Assembly (NCBI GenBank): GCA_049679945.1
Contig: JBAUGW010000063.1
Span: 272-64,271, forward strand
Direction: 5' to 3'
Source: Pyrinomonadaceae bacterium
Lineage (GTDB): Bacteria > Acidobacteriota > Blastocatellia > Pyrinomonadales > Pyrinomonadaceae
Length of the DNA: 64,000 nt
In this document: one piece after another, positions 8,611 to 18,080 of the stretch
Layout of the letters: each line of letters starts with the position of its first letter
How positions within the stretch are numbered: position 1 is the first letter of the stretch
Notes under the pieces: model-generated
Told to the model about the DNA's origin: nothing
The model's input: only the letters and a program-made list of their open reading frames with translations
Database searches by the model: none
Program-made: the position numbers and the translations under genes

Positions 8611-9915
8611 ATGACAAAGAGAGACTTAACAAACGCGTTAATTGCAGTTTCGGTTGCGACCGCATCGATCGTTTTGTCGGCCTGCGGTTCAAAGGCCGAG
8701 AGTGCGAATGCGAACGCAAATAATCAGCCGACGATTGTCGATGTCGCGACGACGCAAGCCGTGGTCAGGCAGATACCTACATATTTTGAGGCGACGGGTA
8801 ATCTGGCGAGCGACGCCGCGACCGATGTTGCTCCGGCAATCGGCGGAAAGATCGTTGAGGTAAATTTTGACGTCGGCAGCTATGTGAACAAGGGCAGCGT
8901 GCTTTTGCGACTCGATTCCCGCGACGCACAGATTAGATTAGAGACGGCTCAGGCACAAGTTCAGCAGCAGCAAAAAGCGCTTGGCCAGGCAGTCGCGGCT
9001 TTGCGACAGGCGCAGGCGAGGCTCGGCGTTCGCGACGGCGAGACGTTTGATATCGACAAGTTCTCGCAGGTGAAATCGGTGAGAGCAAATCTCGAACTTG
9101 CGGAGAAGGAGCTTATTCGAACCGAGCGGCTTTACAACACGGGCGATGTTTCAAAATCTGCTCTCGATCAGCGACGTGCGCAGCGGGATGCACTACTCGG
9201 ACAACTGGACGAGGCTCGTTCTAACGCCGCCGTTGCCATAAAAGCAATCAACTCTGCCGAGGCGCAGGTTGCATCTGCGCGAGCCGCAATCACAACTGCT
9301 CAAACGCAAGTCGATCAGGCACGCAAATCATTGAATGACACGGCGGTGCTCGCGCCCATCAGTGGTTATATCTCGGAACGCACGGCAGATCTCGGTGAGT
9401 TCATAAGCCCAAGCGTGCCAAATGCAAAGATCGCGACCATAATTCGCACTTCAAGCCTGCGTTTGAAGATCGATGTTCCAGAAGCTTCGATCGGCAAGGT
9501 CGCGACCGGTCAAAGCATAAGTTTGCAAACGAGCGCATATCCCGACCGCAATTTTACCGGAACCGTCGTCCGCATTTTGCCGAGCCTCAATCAACAGGCA
9601 CGCACATTAACAGTCGAAGCCGAAGTTCCAAACGGCGACGGTTTGCTAAAACCAGGACAATTTGCGACGGTTCGCATTACGCAATCAAAACCTGAGAATG
9701 CAGTGATGATACCGGCGTCGGCCGTAAAAGCCGAGGGCGATGTCAGCAAGGTTTACGTAGTTAAAGACGGCGCTGCGCGCGAGCGACTCGTCCAACTCGG
9801 TTTGCTCGAGGGTGAAAGTATCCAAGTAAAACAAGGGCTAAACGAGGGCGAGCTGATAGCGACGAATAATCTTGCGGAGCTGTACGACGGCGTACTAGTT
9901 CGCGTTGCAAACTAA
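8611..9915 (+). CDS. efflux RND periplasmic adaptor (MFP/HlyD family)
   Basis: Lipoprotein-like signal (LSAC), a long coiled-coil hairpin, and beta-barrel motifs (VLAPISGYISER). Confidence 0.9.
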   Translation: MTKRDLTNALIAVSVATASIVLSACGSKAESANANANNQPTIVDVATTQAVVRQIPTYFEATGNLASDAATDVAPAIGGKIVEVNFDVGSYVNKGSVLLRLDSRDAQIRLETAQAQVQQQQKALGQAVAALRQAQARLGVRDGETFDIDKFSQVKSVRANLELAEKELIRTERLYNTGDVSKSALDQRRAQRDALLGQLDEARSNAAVAIKAINSAEAQVASARAAITTAQTQVDQARKSLNDTAVLAPISGYISERTADLGEFISPSVPNAKIATIIRTSSLRLKIDVPEASIGKVATGQSISLQTSAYPDRNFTGTVVRILPSLNQQARTLTVEAEVPNGDGLLKPGQFATVRITQSKPENAVMIPASAVKAEGDVSKVYVVKDGAARERLVQLGLLEGESIQVKQGLNEGELIATNNLAELYDGVLVRVAN

Positions 9916-10373
9916 GTTCCAAGTTGCAAGTTCCAAGTTCCAAGGCATGGGTTTATGGCGAGATTTGAACGATTTGAAGAGATAGAAGGGTGGAAACTGG
10001 CGCGGCAAGTGACGAACCAAGTGTACGAGCTCAGTTCTGCTCCTGAATTCAGCCGAGATTTTGCGCTCGTAAATCAAATGCGCCGTGCATCAGTTTCAAT
10101 TATGTCGAATATTGCCGAAGGTTTCGAACGAGATGGCAACAAAGAATTTCTTCAATTTCTTTCGATAGCAAAGGGTTCGTGCGGAGAAGTGCGTTCCCAG
10201 CTATACGTTGCACTCGACAGAAAATACTTAGACGATAGACGATTTCATTCGGTCAGCTCGTTATTGATCGAAACATCAAAAGTGCTCTCAGGTCTAATGA
10301 AATATCTGAAACAGTCTGAAGAACGAGGGCGAAAATTCAAATAACTTGAAACATGGAACTTGAAACCTGGAAC
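9916..10373 (+). mobile_element. hairpin-bounded cassette carrying a four-helix-bundle gene
   Basis: Inverted heptamer-repeat arms at 9916-9945 and 10345-10373 (25/29 complementary by hand). They bracket the CDS at 9955-10344 and fill the MFP-RND gap exactly. Confidence 0.55.
9955..10344 (+). CDS. four helix bundle protein (23S rRNA intervening-sequence protein family)
   Basis: 129 aa. WKLARQVTNQVYEL...QMRRASVSIMSNIAEGFERDGNKEFLQFLSIAKGSCGEVRSQLYVA matches the family consensus as I recall it. Confidence 0.9.
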   Translation: MARFERFEEIEGWKLARQVTNQVYELSSAPEFSRDFALVNQMRRASVSIMSNIAEGFERDGNKEFLQFLSIAKGSCGEVRSQLYVALDRKYLDDRRFHSVSSLLIETSKVLSGLMKYLKQSEERGRKFK

Positions 10374-10382
10374 TAGATAGTT

Positions 10383-13300
10383 ATGCAGTGGTTAGCCGAA
10401 GTTTGTGTAAAGCGTCCTGTGTTTGCGACGATGCTGATCTTGTCGCTGGTCGTAGTCGGCGCGTTTTCGTTTCTGAGTCTCGGCGTCGATCTGTTTCCAA
10501 AGATCGACTTTCCGACGATCACAGTCACGGTCGTGAATCCCGGAGCGTCGCCGCAGGAGATCGAGACCGAGATCACCGAAAAGATCGAGGAGGCCGTCAA
10601 CACGATCAGCGGCATCGACGAATTGCGTTCGACATCGATCGAAGGCATCTCGCAAGTGTTTGTGCAGTTCGTGCTTGAGAAGGATGTTAATGTCGCCGCA
10701 CAAGAGGTCGAGAATCGCGTTCAGACCGTAATTCCAACCTTGCCGCAGACCGCTAAACAGCCGACTGTTCAAAAACTCGACACCGATGTCGCGCCGATCT
10801 TGCGTGTTTCGATTTCGGCGCCACGCTCGCTTCGCGAAGTCACTGAGACCGCAAAAAATAAAGTCAAGGAACGCATCGAGTCGGTAAACGGCGTCGGCCA
10901 GATCACGATCATCGGCGGCGTCGACCGGCAGATAAATGTGTGGGTCGATCCCGACAAGATGCGCTCCTATAACGTGACGCCGGCTGAGATCTCGGGCGCG
11001 CTTGCCGTGCAGAACATGGAGTTTCCGAGCGGAAGACTCGATGAAGGCCAAAAAGAAACGAGCGTTCGCACCATCGGGAAAATTCAAAAGGCTGAGGAAT
11101 TTAACGACCTCATCGTCGCAAATCGCGGCGGTTATCAAGTAAAAGTAAAAGATCTCGGCTATGTCGAGGACGGAGCCGAAGAGGCGCGTTCTGAAGCTCG
11201 TTTGAACGGACAGCCGGCCGTGACGCTAATCGTCTCAAAACAATCGGGACAAAATACCGTCGCCGTCGCACGCGAGATAAAAGAGCGACTCAAAGAGATC
11301 GAGCCGACTATGCCAAAAGATTTTCAGATGCGCATTATCGGCGACAACTCGATCTTTATCGAGAACAGTTTGCGCAATATCGAGGAGCACTTGATCGTCG
11401 GCTCAATCCTTGCGGCGATAGTGGTTTTTTTCTTCCTGTGGAATTTCCGGGCAACGTTCATCGCCGCAATAGCGATCCCAACCTCAATTATTTCAACATT
11501 TGCCCTGATGTATGCGATGGGTTACACGCTCAACTCGATCACGATGTTGTCGCTCACGCTGATGGTCGGCATCGTGATCGACGACGCGATCGTCGTACTC
11601 GAGAACATCTACCGCTTTGTCGAAGAGAAGGGCATGAACCCGTTTCAAGCCGCGATCGAAGGCACGCGTGAGATCGGCCTTGCCGTGCTGGCGACAACGC
11701 TTTCGCTGATGGCGGTGTTCGTTCCGATTGGTTTTATGCAGGGCATCGTCGGCAGATTTATGTCGTCGTTCGGGCTGACGGCGTCGTTCGCGGTCGCGGT
11801 TTCGCTGATCGTTTCGTTCACGCTGACGCCGATGCTCGCCGCGAGGCTTATTAAGAAGTCCAAAGTCCAAGGTCCAAAGTCCAAAGCCGTTAACGACGAA
11901 ATCCACGGAGACGGAATGTTATCGGAGGACGAGAAACCCAGGACTTTGGACATTGGCCATGAGACTTCGGACTCGCATTATACCGGCTGGTTTAGACGTG
12001 TCGACGGTGTTTACGCGTGGCTGCTGCGCTTTTCAATGTCGCATCGCTGGGTGATCGTCACGCTTTGTGCTCTTGTCTTTTTGAGCATTGTGCCGCTGTT
12101 TATGTTCGTCGGCAAAAACTTTTTGCCGGTCGATGACCAATCGCAATTCGAGATATCGGTTCGAGCGCCCGAGGGTTCGAGTCTCGGACAAACTTCGCAG
12201 ATCTTTGAGCAGATCGCGTCCGAGATTCGCAAGATTCGCGGCGTAACCGACACGCTCGCAACGGTCGGCGGCGGCCAGCAGCAAGTCGTCAACGCCGGCA
12301 CGATTTACGTCAAATTGTCCGACATAAAGACGCGCCCAAAATCGCAGGAGCTAATGATGGATGATGCGCGTGAGCTGTTAAAACAGTTTCCACCGGAGCT
12401 GCGAACCGGCGTTCAGCAGGTGCAGGCGTTCTCGGGCGGCGGTTTTCGCAACGCGAACGTGCAGTTCCTGATTGCCGGACCTGACATTGCAAAGTTAACG
12501 GAATACTCGGAAAAGATCGCCGCGAAAATGAAGACGGTTCCCGACGCCGTCGATGTCGATTCAACACTCATCGGCGGCAAGCCCGAGGTGCAGCTCGAAG
12601 TCGATCGTGACACGGCGGCCGATCTCGGCGTTCGTGTCGGCGATGTTTCACAGGCGCTCAACACTCTGATCGCGGGCCAGCAAGCTACGACATTCAACCA
12701 GGGAACCGACCAATACGAAGTGCGAGTTCGCGCGATCAATACATATCGCACGAGTATCGAGGGATTGAAACGCGTGATTGTTCCATCGACAAAACTCGGT
12801 TGGGTGACGCTCGACCGTGTCGTAAAAGCAAAGAGCGGCACCGGCCCGAGCGCCATCGACCGCACAAATCGCCAACGCCAAGTCACGCTGCTTGCCAACA
12901 CGCGTCCCGGCGGTTCGGCGGCGAGCATTACGGCCGCGATCGACAGTTACATCAAAGAGCTAAATCTTCCCACAGGTTATCGCACCGGTTACGTCGGCCA
13001 GTCGAAGGAGATGGGCAAGGCTGGATTTTATTTTCTGCTCGCGTTCGCGCTGTCATTCATCTTTATGTACATCGTGCTCGCCGCGCAATTCGAGTCGTTC
13101 ATTCACCCGGTGACGATCTTGCTGACGCTGCCGCTGTCGGTGCCGTTTGGGATTTTGAGCCTTTTGGTTGCGGGACAAACCGTGAACATCTTTTCCGGTC
13201 TCGGCCTGCTGCTGCTCTTCGGCGTCGTTAAGAAAAACGCGATCTTGCAGATCGATCATACGAACACGCTTCGATCACGCGGAATGTCGCGTTACGACGC

Positions 13301-13616
13301 GATCATCCAGGCAAATCGCGACCGTCTGCGCCCCATCCTTATGACTACGATCGCTCTCGTCGCCGGAATGATACCGCTCGTCGTAGGCTCGGGCGCCGGA
13401 GCCGGAACAAACCGTTCGATCGGAACGCTTGTCGTCGGCGGACAAACTTTGTGTTTACTCCTCACACTGCTGGCCGTGCCGGTTTTCTATTCGATATTCG
13501 ACGATCTCGCCGAGCTGCGTTTGTTTAGATACGTCAACCGTTTTGCAACCTCGCTCTTTGGCGGGTTAAAGCGACGCGTGGCAACGGCGACAAACTCAAT
13601 ATTCAGTAAACAATAA
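10383..13616 (+). CDS. efflux RND transporter permease (AcrB/HAE family)
   Basis: 1077 aa. Twelve-TM layout with two large periplasmic loops and a conserved N-terminus ([20 protein letters not shown]). Confidence 0.95.
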   Translation: MQWLAEVCVKRPVFATMLILSLVVVGAFSFLSLGVDLFPKIDFPTITVTVVNPGASPQEIETEITEKIEEAVNTISGIDELRSTSIEGISQVFVQFVLEKDVNVAAQEVENRVQTVIPTLPQTAKQPTVQKLDTDVAPILRVSISAPRSLREVTETAKNKVKERIESVNGVGQITIIGGVDRQINVWVDPDKMRSYNVTPAEISGALAVQNMEFPSGRLDEGQKETSVRTIGKIQKAEEFNDLIVANRGGYQVKVKDLGYVEDGAEEARSEARLNGQPAVTLIVSKQSGQNTVAVAREIKERLKEIEPTMPKDFQMRIIGDNSIFIENSLRNIEEHLIVGSILAAIVVFFFLWNFRATFIAAIAIPTSIISTFALMYAMGYTLNSITMLSLTLMVGIVIDDAIVVLENIYRFVEEKGMNPFQAAIEGTREIGLAVLATTLSLMAVFVPIGFMQGIVGRFMSSFGLTASFAVAVSLIVSFTLTPMLAARLIKKSKVQGPKSKAVNDEIHGDGMLSEDEKPRTLDIGHETSDSHYTGWFRRVDGVYAWLLRFSMSHRWVIVTLCALVFLSIVPLFMFVGKNFLPVDDQSQFEISVRAPEGSSLGQTSQIFEQIASEIRKIRGVTDTLATVGGGQQQVVNAGTIYVKLSDIKTRPKSQELMMDDARELLKQFPPELRTGVQQVQAFSGGGFRNANVQFLIAGPDIAKLTEYSEKIAAKMKTVPDAVDVDSTLIGGKPEVQLEVDRDTAADLGVRVGDVSQALNTLIAGQQATTFNQGTDQYEVRVRAINTYRTSIEGLKRVIVPSTKLGWVTLDRVVKAKSGTGPSAIDRTNRQRQVTLLANTRPGGSAASITAAIDSYIKELNLPTGYRTGYVGQSKEMGKAGFYFLLAFALSFIFMYIVLAAQFESFIHPVTILLTLPLSVPFGILSLLVAGQTVNIFSGLGLLLLFGVVKKNAILQIDHTNTLRSRGMSRYDAIIQANRDRLRPILMTTIALVAGMIPLVVGSGAGAGTNRSIGTLVVGGQTLCLLLTLLAVPVFYSIFDDLAELRLFRYVNRFATSLFGGLKRRVATATNSIFSKQ
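11858..11972. repeat. heptamer-repeat inverted arms (GTCCAAA units) inside the RND CDS
   Basis: Left arm GTCCAAAGTCCAAGGTCCAAAGTCCAAAG (11858-11886). Right arm GGACTTTGGACATTGGCCATGAGACTTCGGAC (11941-11972). 54-nt spacer. Read in frame as SKVQGPKSK...[11 protein letters not shown]. Confidence 0.65.
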
Positions 13617-13627
13617 TCGCGTTTTAT

Positions 13628-15337
13628 ATGTTTCGCTTTTTTTCTATCATCGCTCTCACTGTGCTCGCTTTGGCGGCAGGCATGCGGGCGCAAACGCCGA
13701 TGCCCTCGCCGGAAAATGTGCCGGGTGTGCCCGATATCGCGCCGAATTATAGATCCGACGAACGCGGTTTGCCTGAATTAATGCGCGTCGGCGTCGATGT
13801 AACGCAGCAAAAAGCCTTGACCCTGAATGACGCGATAACGCTCGCGCTTGAGAACAACCGCGACATCGAAGTCACGCGAAAGACGGCGACGATCGCCGAG
13901 TTCGATCTGCGCGCGGCGCGCGGCTTTTATCAGCCACGGCTTTCGGGACAAACTTACTATGACCGCTCGACGACGCCGAACGTCAGCATCTTCAGCAGCA
14001 ATCAAAAGACGACAGTCGGCACGCTGCTCGGTAACGTCGCGCTTAATGCGCCGCTGACGAACAACGGAACCGTGCTGTCCGGCGGATTTAACAACCAACG
14101 CGTGACGACCGATAATCCAATCTCGATACTTAGTCCGCAACTAAATTCGAGTCTTAGCTTTTCTGTGACGCAGCCGTTGTTTCGGGGTCGACGAATCGAT
14201 CAGCCACGACGCACGATCGAGATCGCGAAGAAAAATATCGAGCTTACCGAAACACAATTTCGTCAGCGAACAATCGAAACTGTTGCGACTGTCGAGAAAG
14301 CTTATTGGGATCTGACATACGCGCTGCGCAATTTACAGGTCCAGCGTGACGCTGTTCGCGACGCGCGGCGGCAGCTCGAACACAATCGGCGATTGGTTAA
14401 CGAAGGCCAACTCGCCCCGATCGACATCGTCGCGGCCGAGACGCAAGTTGCAAACTTCGAGCAGTCGGTTTACGACGCGCTCAACACGGTCAATCTCGCT
14501 GAGAATGTTCTGAAAAATCTGATCTCGCCAAATCGCTCAAACGAAATTTGGAACGTCGCGCTCATGCCGGTCGAACCTGTCGAGGTCGCGATCCCGAATT
14601 CGACATTGGGCGAAGCCGTCGAACTTGCGCTCGACAATCGCCCCGAGCTTGAACTCAACAAAAAGCAAAAAGACATCAACTCAATTGACCGACGTTTCTA
14701 TCGCGATCAACAGCGGCCGCAGATTGATTTTTTTGCGAGCTACTCCTCAGCGGGAATCGGCGGCAGTCTTAATCCGAATTTCAGCAGCCCGTTTTGCGCG
14801 AACAGTCCCACGCCAGCGCTTTGCCAAGCTGGTGTGCAGACTCAACTACAGACATTTCTGTCTCAAATCGGAGGTAGCACTACGGCCGTAGCCGATATTT
14901 TTGTGAGAAAGTATCCCGTATTCCGTTTTGGTGTTAATTTCAATCTGCCGCTGTTTGGCGACAAAACTGCTTCGGCGCAATATGGCAAGTCCCTTGTCGA
15001 GGCCGAGCGGCTCGATGCTCAACGTGAGCAGATCGAGCAAGGGATTCAGGTCGAGGTTCGCAATGCGCTGCAATCGATACGCACCGCCGAAGCGCGGCTT
15101 CGCGCCGCCGCGATCGTTCGCGAAAATTCAATAAAGCAATACGAGTCCGAACAACGCAAACTCGACGAAGGCCAGTCGGACGTTTACCGCGTGCTTGAGC
15201 GCCAAACCGCGCTCACCATCGCGCGCAGCAACGAACTCCGCGCACGAATCGAATTGAACAAAGCCGTCACTGAGCTGACGCGTGCGACCGGCAACACGTT
15301 AAAAGCAAACAACATCGAGCCAAAGGTAAAGAAATGA
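13628..15337 (+). CDS. TolC family outer-membrane efflux protein
   Basis: Signal peptide followed by a duplicated OEP repeat architecture (LTLNDAITLALENNRDIE...). Confidence 0.9.
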   Translation: MFRFFSIIALTVLALAAGMRAQTPMPSPENVPGVPDIAPNYRSDERGLPELMRVGVDVTQQKALTLNDAITLALENNRDIEVTRKTATIAEFDLRAARGFYQPRLSGQTYYDRSTTPNVSIFSSNQKTTVGTLLGNVALNAPLTNNGTVLSGGFNNQRVTTDNPISILSPQLNSSLSFSVTQPLFRGRRIDQPRRTIEIAKKNIELTETQFRQRTIETVATVEKAYWDLTYALRNLQVQRDAVRDARRQLEHNRRLVNEGQLAPIDIVAAETQVANFEQSVYDALNTVNLAENVLKNLISPNRSNEIWNVALMPVEPVEVAIPNSTLGEAVELALDNRPELELNKKQKDINSIDRRFYRDQQRPQIDFFASYSSAGIGGSLNPNFSSPFCANSPTPALCQAGVQTQLQTFLSQIGGSTTAVADIFVRKYPVFRFGVNFNLPLFGDKTASAQYGKSLVEAERLDAQREQIEQGIQVEVRNALQSIRTAEARLRAAAIVRENSIKQYESEQRKLDEGQSDVYRVLERQTALTIARSNELRARIELNKAVTELTRATGNTLKANNIEPKVKK

Positions 15338-16317
15338 AAGCGGTTTACATAACCGAATTTGACGGCACGAGCATAGAGCTGCGCGACGTTCCCGATCTTG
15401 CGAAACCGACGGTTGAGCAAGTACTGGTCCGCGTTCAGGTTGCTGGTTTGAATCGCGCTGATCTGCTGCAAGCTCGTGGGCTCTATCCGCCGCCGGCCGG
15501 TTACTCGCCGAACGTTCCCGGTCTCGAGTTCGCGGGCGAGATCGCGGCTGTTGGCGACGATGTAAAAAATTTACAGGCAGGTGAGCGTGTATTCGGAATA
15601 ACTGCGGGCGAGGCGCAGGCTGAGTATTTGTTGATCGATGCAAGTTTGTGCGCCAAGATTCCCGACAATTTGTCTTTCGCACAAGCTGCTGCAATTCCCG
15701 AGGCGTTCATCACGGCGCACGACGCGATAATTACGCAAGGTGATCTGAAAAGCGGCGAGACATTACTGATACATGCCGTCGGTTCTGGCGTCGGTCTTGC
15801 AGCATTGCAGATAGCAAAATCAAAAGACGTAACCGTCGTCGGCACATCGCGAACCGCGGACAAGTTAGCGCGCTGTGACGAGTTTGGACTTGATGTCGGA
15901 ATTTTAACTGATAAAGAAATTCAGTTTGCAGAACAGATCGCCGACATCACCGACGGCAAAGGTGCAGACGTTATACTCGACCTTGTCGGTGCGGCACACT
16001 TTGAACAAAATGTTGCGAGTCTCGCACAAAAAGGAAGATTGATGTTGGTTGGTCTGACATCGGGTCGCACCGCTGAATTCAACCTCGGCATCGCTCTGCA
16101 AAAACGCGCTCACATCATCGGCACTGTCTTCCGTTCTAGATCGACGGAAGAAAAAGCTACGGCGACGCGCAGATTTGCCGACGAAATCGTTCCGCTGATC
16201 GCAGCCGGCATCATTCGTCCAAACCTCGATCGTGTTTTCGCAGCCGCAACCGTGGTCGATGCTCACAAATATCTTGAGTCTAACGAGAGTTTTGGAAAGG
16301 TCGTGTTGGAGTTTTAG
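15334..16317 (+). CDS. NAD(P)H:quinone oxidoreductase (zinc-type ADH superfamily, PIG3-like)
   Basis: MDR fold with the nucleotide-binding motif LIHAVGSGVGLAALQIAK. Confidence 0.9.
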   Translation: MKAVYITEFDGTSIELRDVPDLAKPTVEQVLVRVQVAGLNRADLLQARGLYPPPAGYSPNVPGLEFAGEIAAVGDDVKNLQAGERVFGITAGEAQAEYLLIDASLCAKIPDNLSFAQAAAIPEAFITAHDAIITQGDLKSGETLLIHAVGSGVGLAALQIAKSKDVTVVGTSRTADKLARCDEFGLDVGILTDKEIQFAEQIADITDGKGADVILDLVGAAHFEQNVASLAQKGRLMLVGLTSGRTAEFNLGIALQKRAHIIGTVFRSRSTEEKATATRRFADEIVPLIAAGIIRPNLDRVFAAATVVDAHKYLESNESFGKVVLEF

Positions 16318-16634
16318 ATTGCAATGTGCGCCGCGGCCGCGTCGGTGACGATGCAAAGTCCGGAGACACCGTTCACATCGAGTTCACCGATTAATTTGGC
16401 GGCTTGCGCATAAGTCAGGCCGCCGGCCTCGAGCTTGTCGAAAGAAACAACAGACCACATAGGTCGTTCGATATCGCAACCGATCACTTCAGGTTCATCC
16501 GACTCGATAAACTTCGACAGCGACTCGATAAAAGCCTCTTTTGCGATTCTATCGCCAAAAACATTATTCTGTCCGGCGACCGCCCGTCTTTTACGAAGAT
16601 GCGGCAGCCCGGACCTCATTTCCTGAATTCTCAT
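16314..16634 (-). CDS. hypothetical protein
   Basis: ORF with ATG at 16634 (the track TTG is at 16655). No motif recognised. Its 3' end overlaps the convergent gene by 4 nt. Confidence 0.45.
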   Translation of the reverse strand: MRIQEMRSGLPHLRKRRAVAGQNNVFGDRIAKEAFIESLSKFIESDEPEVIGCDIERPMWSVVSFDKLEAGGLTYAQAAKLIGELDVNGVSGLCIVTDAAAAHIAI

Positions 16635-16709
16635 ACAAACGTCGAGCGCAGCCAAACTTTATCATAGCCCCAAAAGTGATGTAAATACTTTTTTGTTTCG
16701 ACAGATTTA

Positions 16710-16875
16710 GCCACGAATGCACGAATGAATCGGAGTCAGTTCAAATTTTGTGGTGCTTTGCGTGCTTTGCGGCTTCGCGTGATAACAATGTGGTTTCACG
16801 CAAAGACGCTAAGATCGCAAAGTCTCGAACAGCATTAACGCCACATGCTCTGCTTTTTATTCGTGCATTCGTGGC
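16710..16875. repeat. nested empty double hairpin (CACGAAT arms enclosing GCAAAG arms)
   Basis: Outer arms are GCCACGAATGCACGAATGAA (16710-16729) and TTATTCGTGCATTCGTGGC (16857-16875). Inner arms are 16756-16782 and 16796-16822 (about 21/27 complementary). No ORF inside. Confidence 0.8.
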
Positions 16876-16913
16876 AAATTTCTTTAGCGACTTGGTAAAA
16901 TAAAATTCCGTTT

Positions 16914-17984
16914 ATGCTTTACCGCGAATCGTTTTTTATCACAGGCTTTCCGGGCTTTATCGCAAGCCGGCTTGCCGAGCAGCTAGTCGGGCCAGAGCGG
17001 CAGATGTTTCTGCTCGTCGAGCAGAGGTTCGTCGAGCTAGCGATGGAAGAGGTTGAGCAGATCGCCGAAGCCACCGCAACCCCGCTCGATAATTTTGTGA
17101 TCGTCGAGGGCGACATCACGCTGCCTAAGCTCGGAATCTCGGACGCCGATCTCGAGGTGATTCAAATCGAGACTACCGATATCTTCCATCTTGCTGCAGC
17201 GTACGATCTCGCAGTGGCGAAGGACATCGCGTTTGATGTAAATCTTCTCGGTACGCGGCACGTGAACGATCTTGCTTGTTCGATAAAAAATCTGCGGCGA
17301 TATCATTATGTCTCGACTTGTTACGTCGCCGGAAAACGGACGGGACAGATTCTCGAAACAGAACTGGAACACAGCGCCGGTTTTCGCAACTTTTACGAGG
17401 AAACAAAATATCTCGCCGAGCAAGAAGTTGAAAAATTAAAAAGCCACTTGCCGGTGACGATATATCGTCCGTCGGTCGTCGTCGGGGATTCGCAGACCGG
17501 CGAAACCGCAAAGTACGACGGCATATATCATTTGATCCACTATTTGCGAATGGCGCCTTTCCTGCTGCGCGTCGTAAACGTCGGCAACAACGACGTGCGA
17601 CTCAATCTCGTGCCCGTCGATTTTGTCGTCGATGCGATTGCAACTTTGGCATTCGATGAAGCGGCGCTCGGCAAGACGCTTGCGATCGCCGACGCCGCGC
17701 CGCTGACGACCGCTGAACTTTTTGACGTGCTTGCAAAAGAACTAACTGGCCGCAAATCCGAGTACACGCCGCCGACAAAAATTGTCGAGTGGTTTCTCAA
17801 CTTATCGATCTCGCCCGCGCTCACCGGCCTGCCAAATCACGGCGTGCCGTACTTTTTTCTCTCGCAAAATTACGATACGAGCATCGCCGACGAGCTTCTG
17901 AAAAAACACGACGTAATCTGTCCGCGATTTCAAGACTATGCCGGCAACTTGCTCGATTTTGTCGATGAGTTTCCGAAGCTTTGA
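16914..17984 (+). CDS. SDR-family NAD-dependent reductase (thioester/acyl reductase-like)
   Basis: N-terminal ITGFPGFIASRL Rossmann motif and a YEETK catalytic YxxxK. Confidence 0.8.
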   Translation: MLYRESFFITGFPGFIASRLAEQLVGPERQMFLLVEQRFVELAMEEVEQIAEATATPLDNFVIVEGDITLPKLGISDADLEVIQIETTDIFHLAAAYDLAVAKDIAFDVNLLGTRHVNDLACSIKNLRRYHYVSTCYVAGKRTGQILETELEHSAGFRNFYEETKYLAEQEVEKLKSHLPVTIYRPSVVVGDSQTGETAKYDGIYHLIHYLRMAPFLLRVVNVGNNDVRLNLVPVDFVVDAIATLAFDEAALGKTLAIADAAPLTTAELFDVLAKELTGRKSEYTPPTKIVEWFLNLSISPALTGLPNHGVPYFFLSQNYDTSIADELLKKHDVICPRFQDYAGNLLDFVDEFPKL

Positions 17985-18004
17985 TTTCATTGCGTTAATC
18001 GCAG

Positions 18005-18045
18005 CTTTGCGTGAGATTTCCCGCAAAGACGCAAAGACCGCAAAG
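18005..18045. repeat. GCAAAG-class repeat/hairpin
   Basis: CTTTGCG...CGCAAAG stem followed by ACGCAAAGACCGCAAAG tandem units, just after the stop at 17984. Confidence 0.55.
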
Positions 18046-18080
18046 CAAATGAATTCAAGTTTCGAGCATCATACTGCCGA

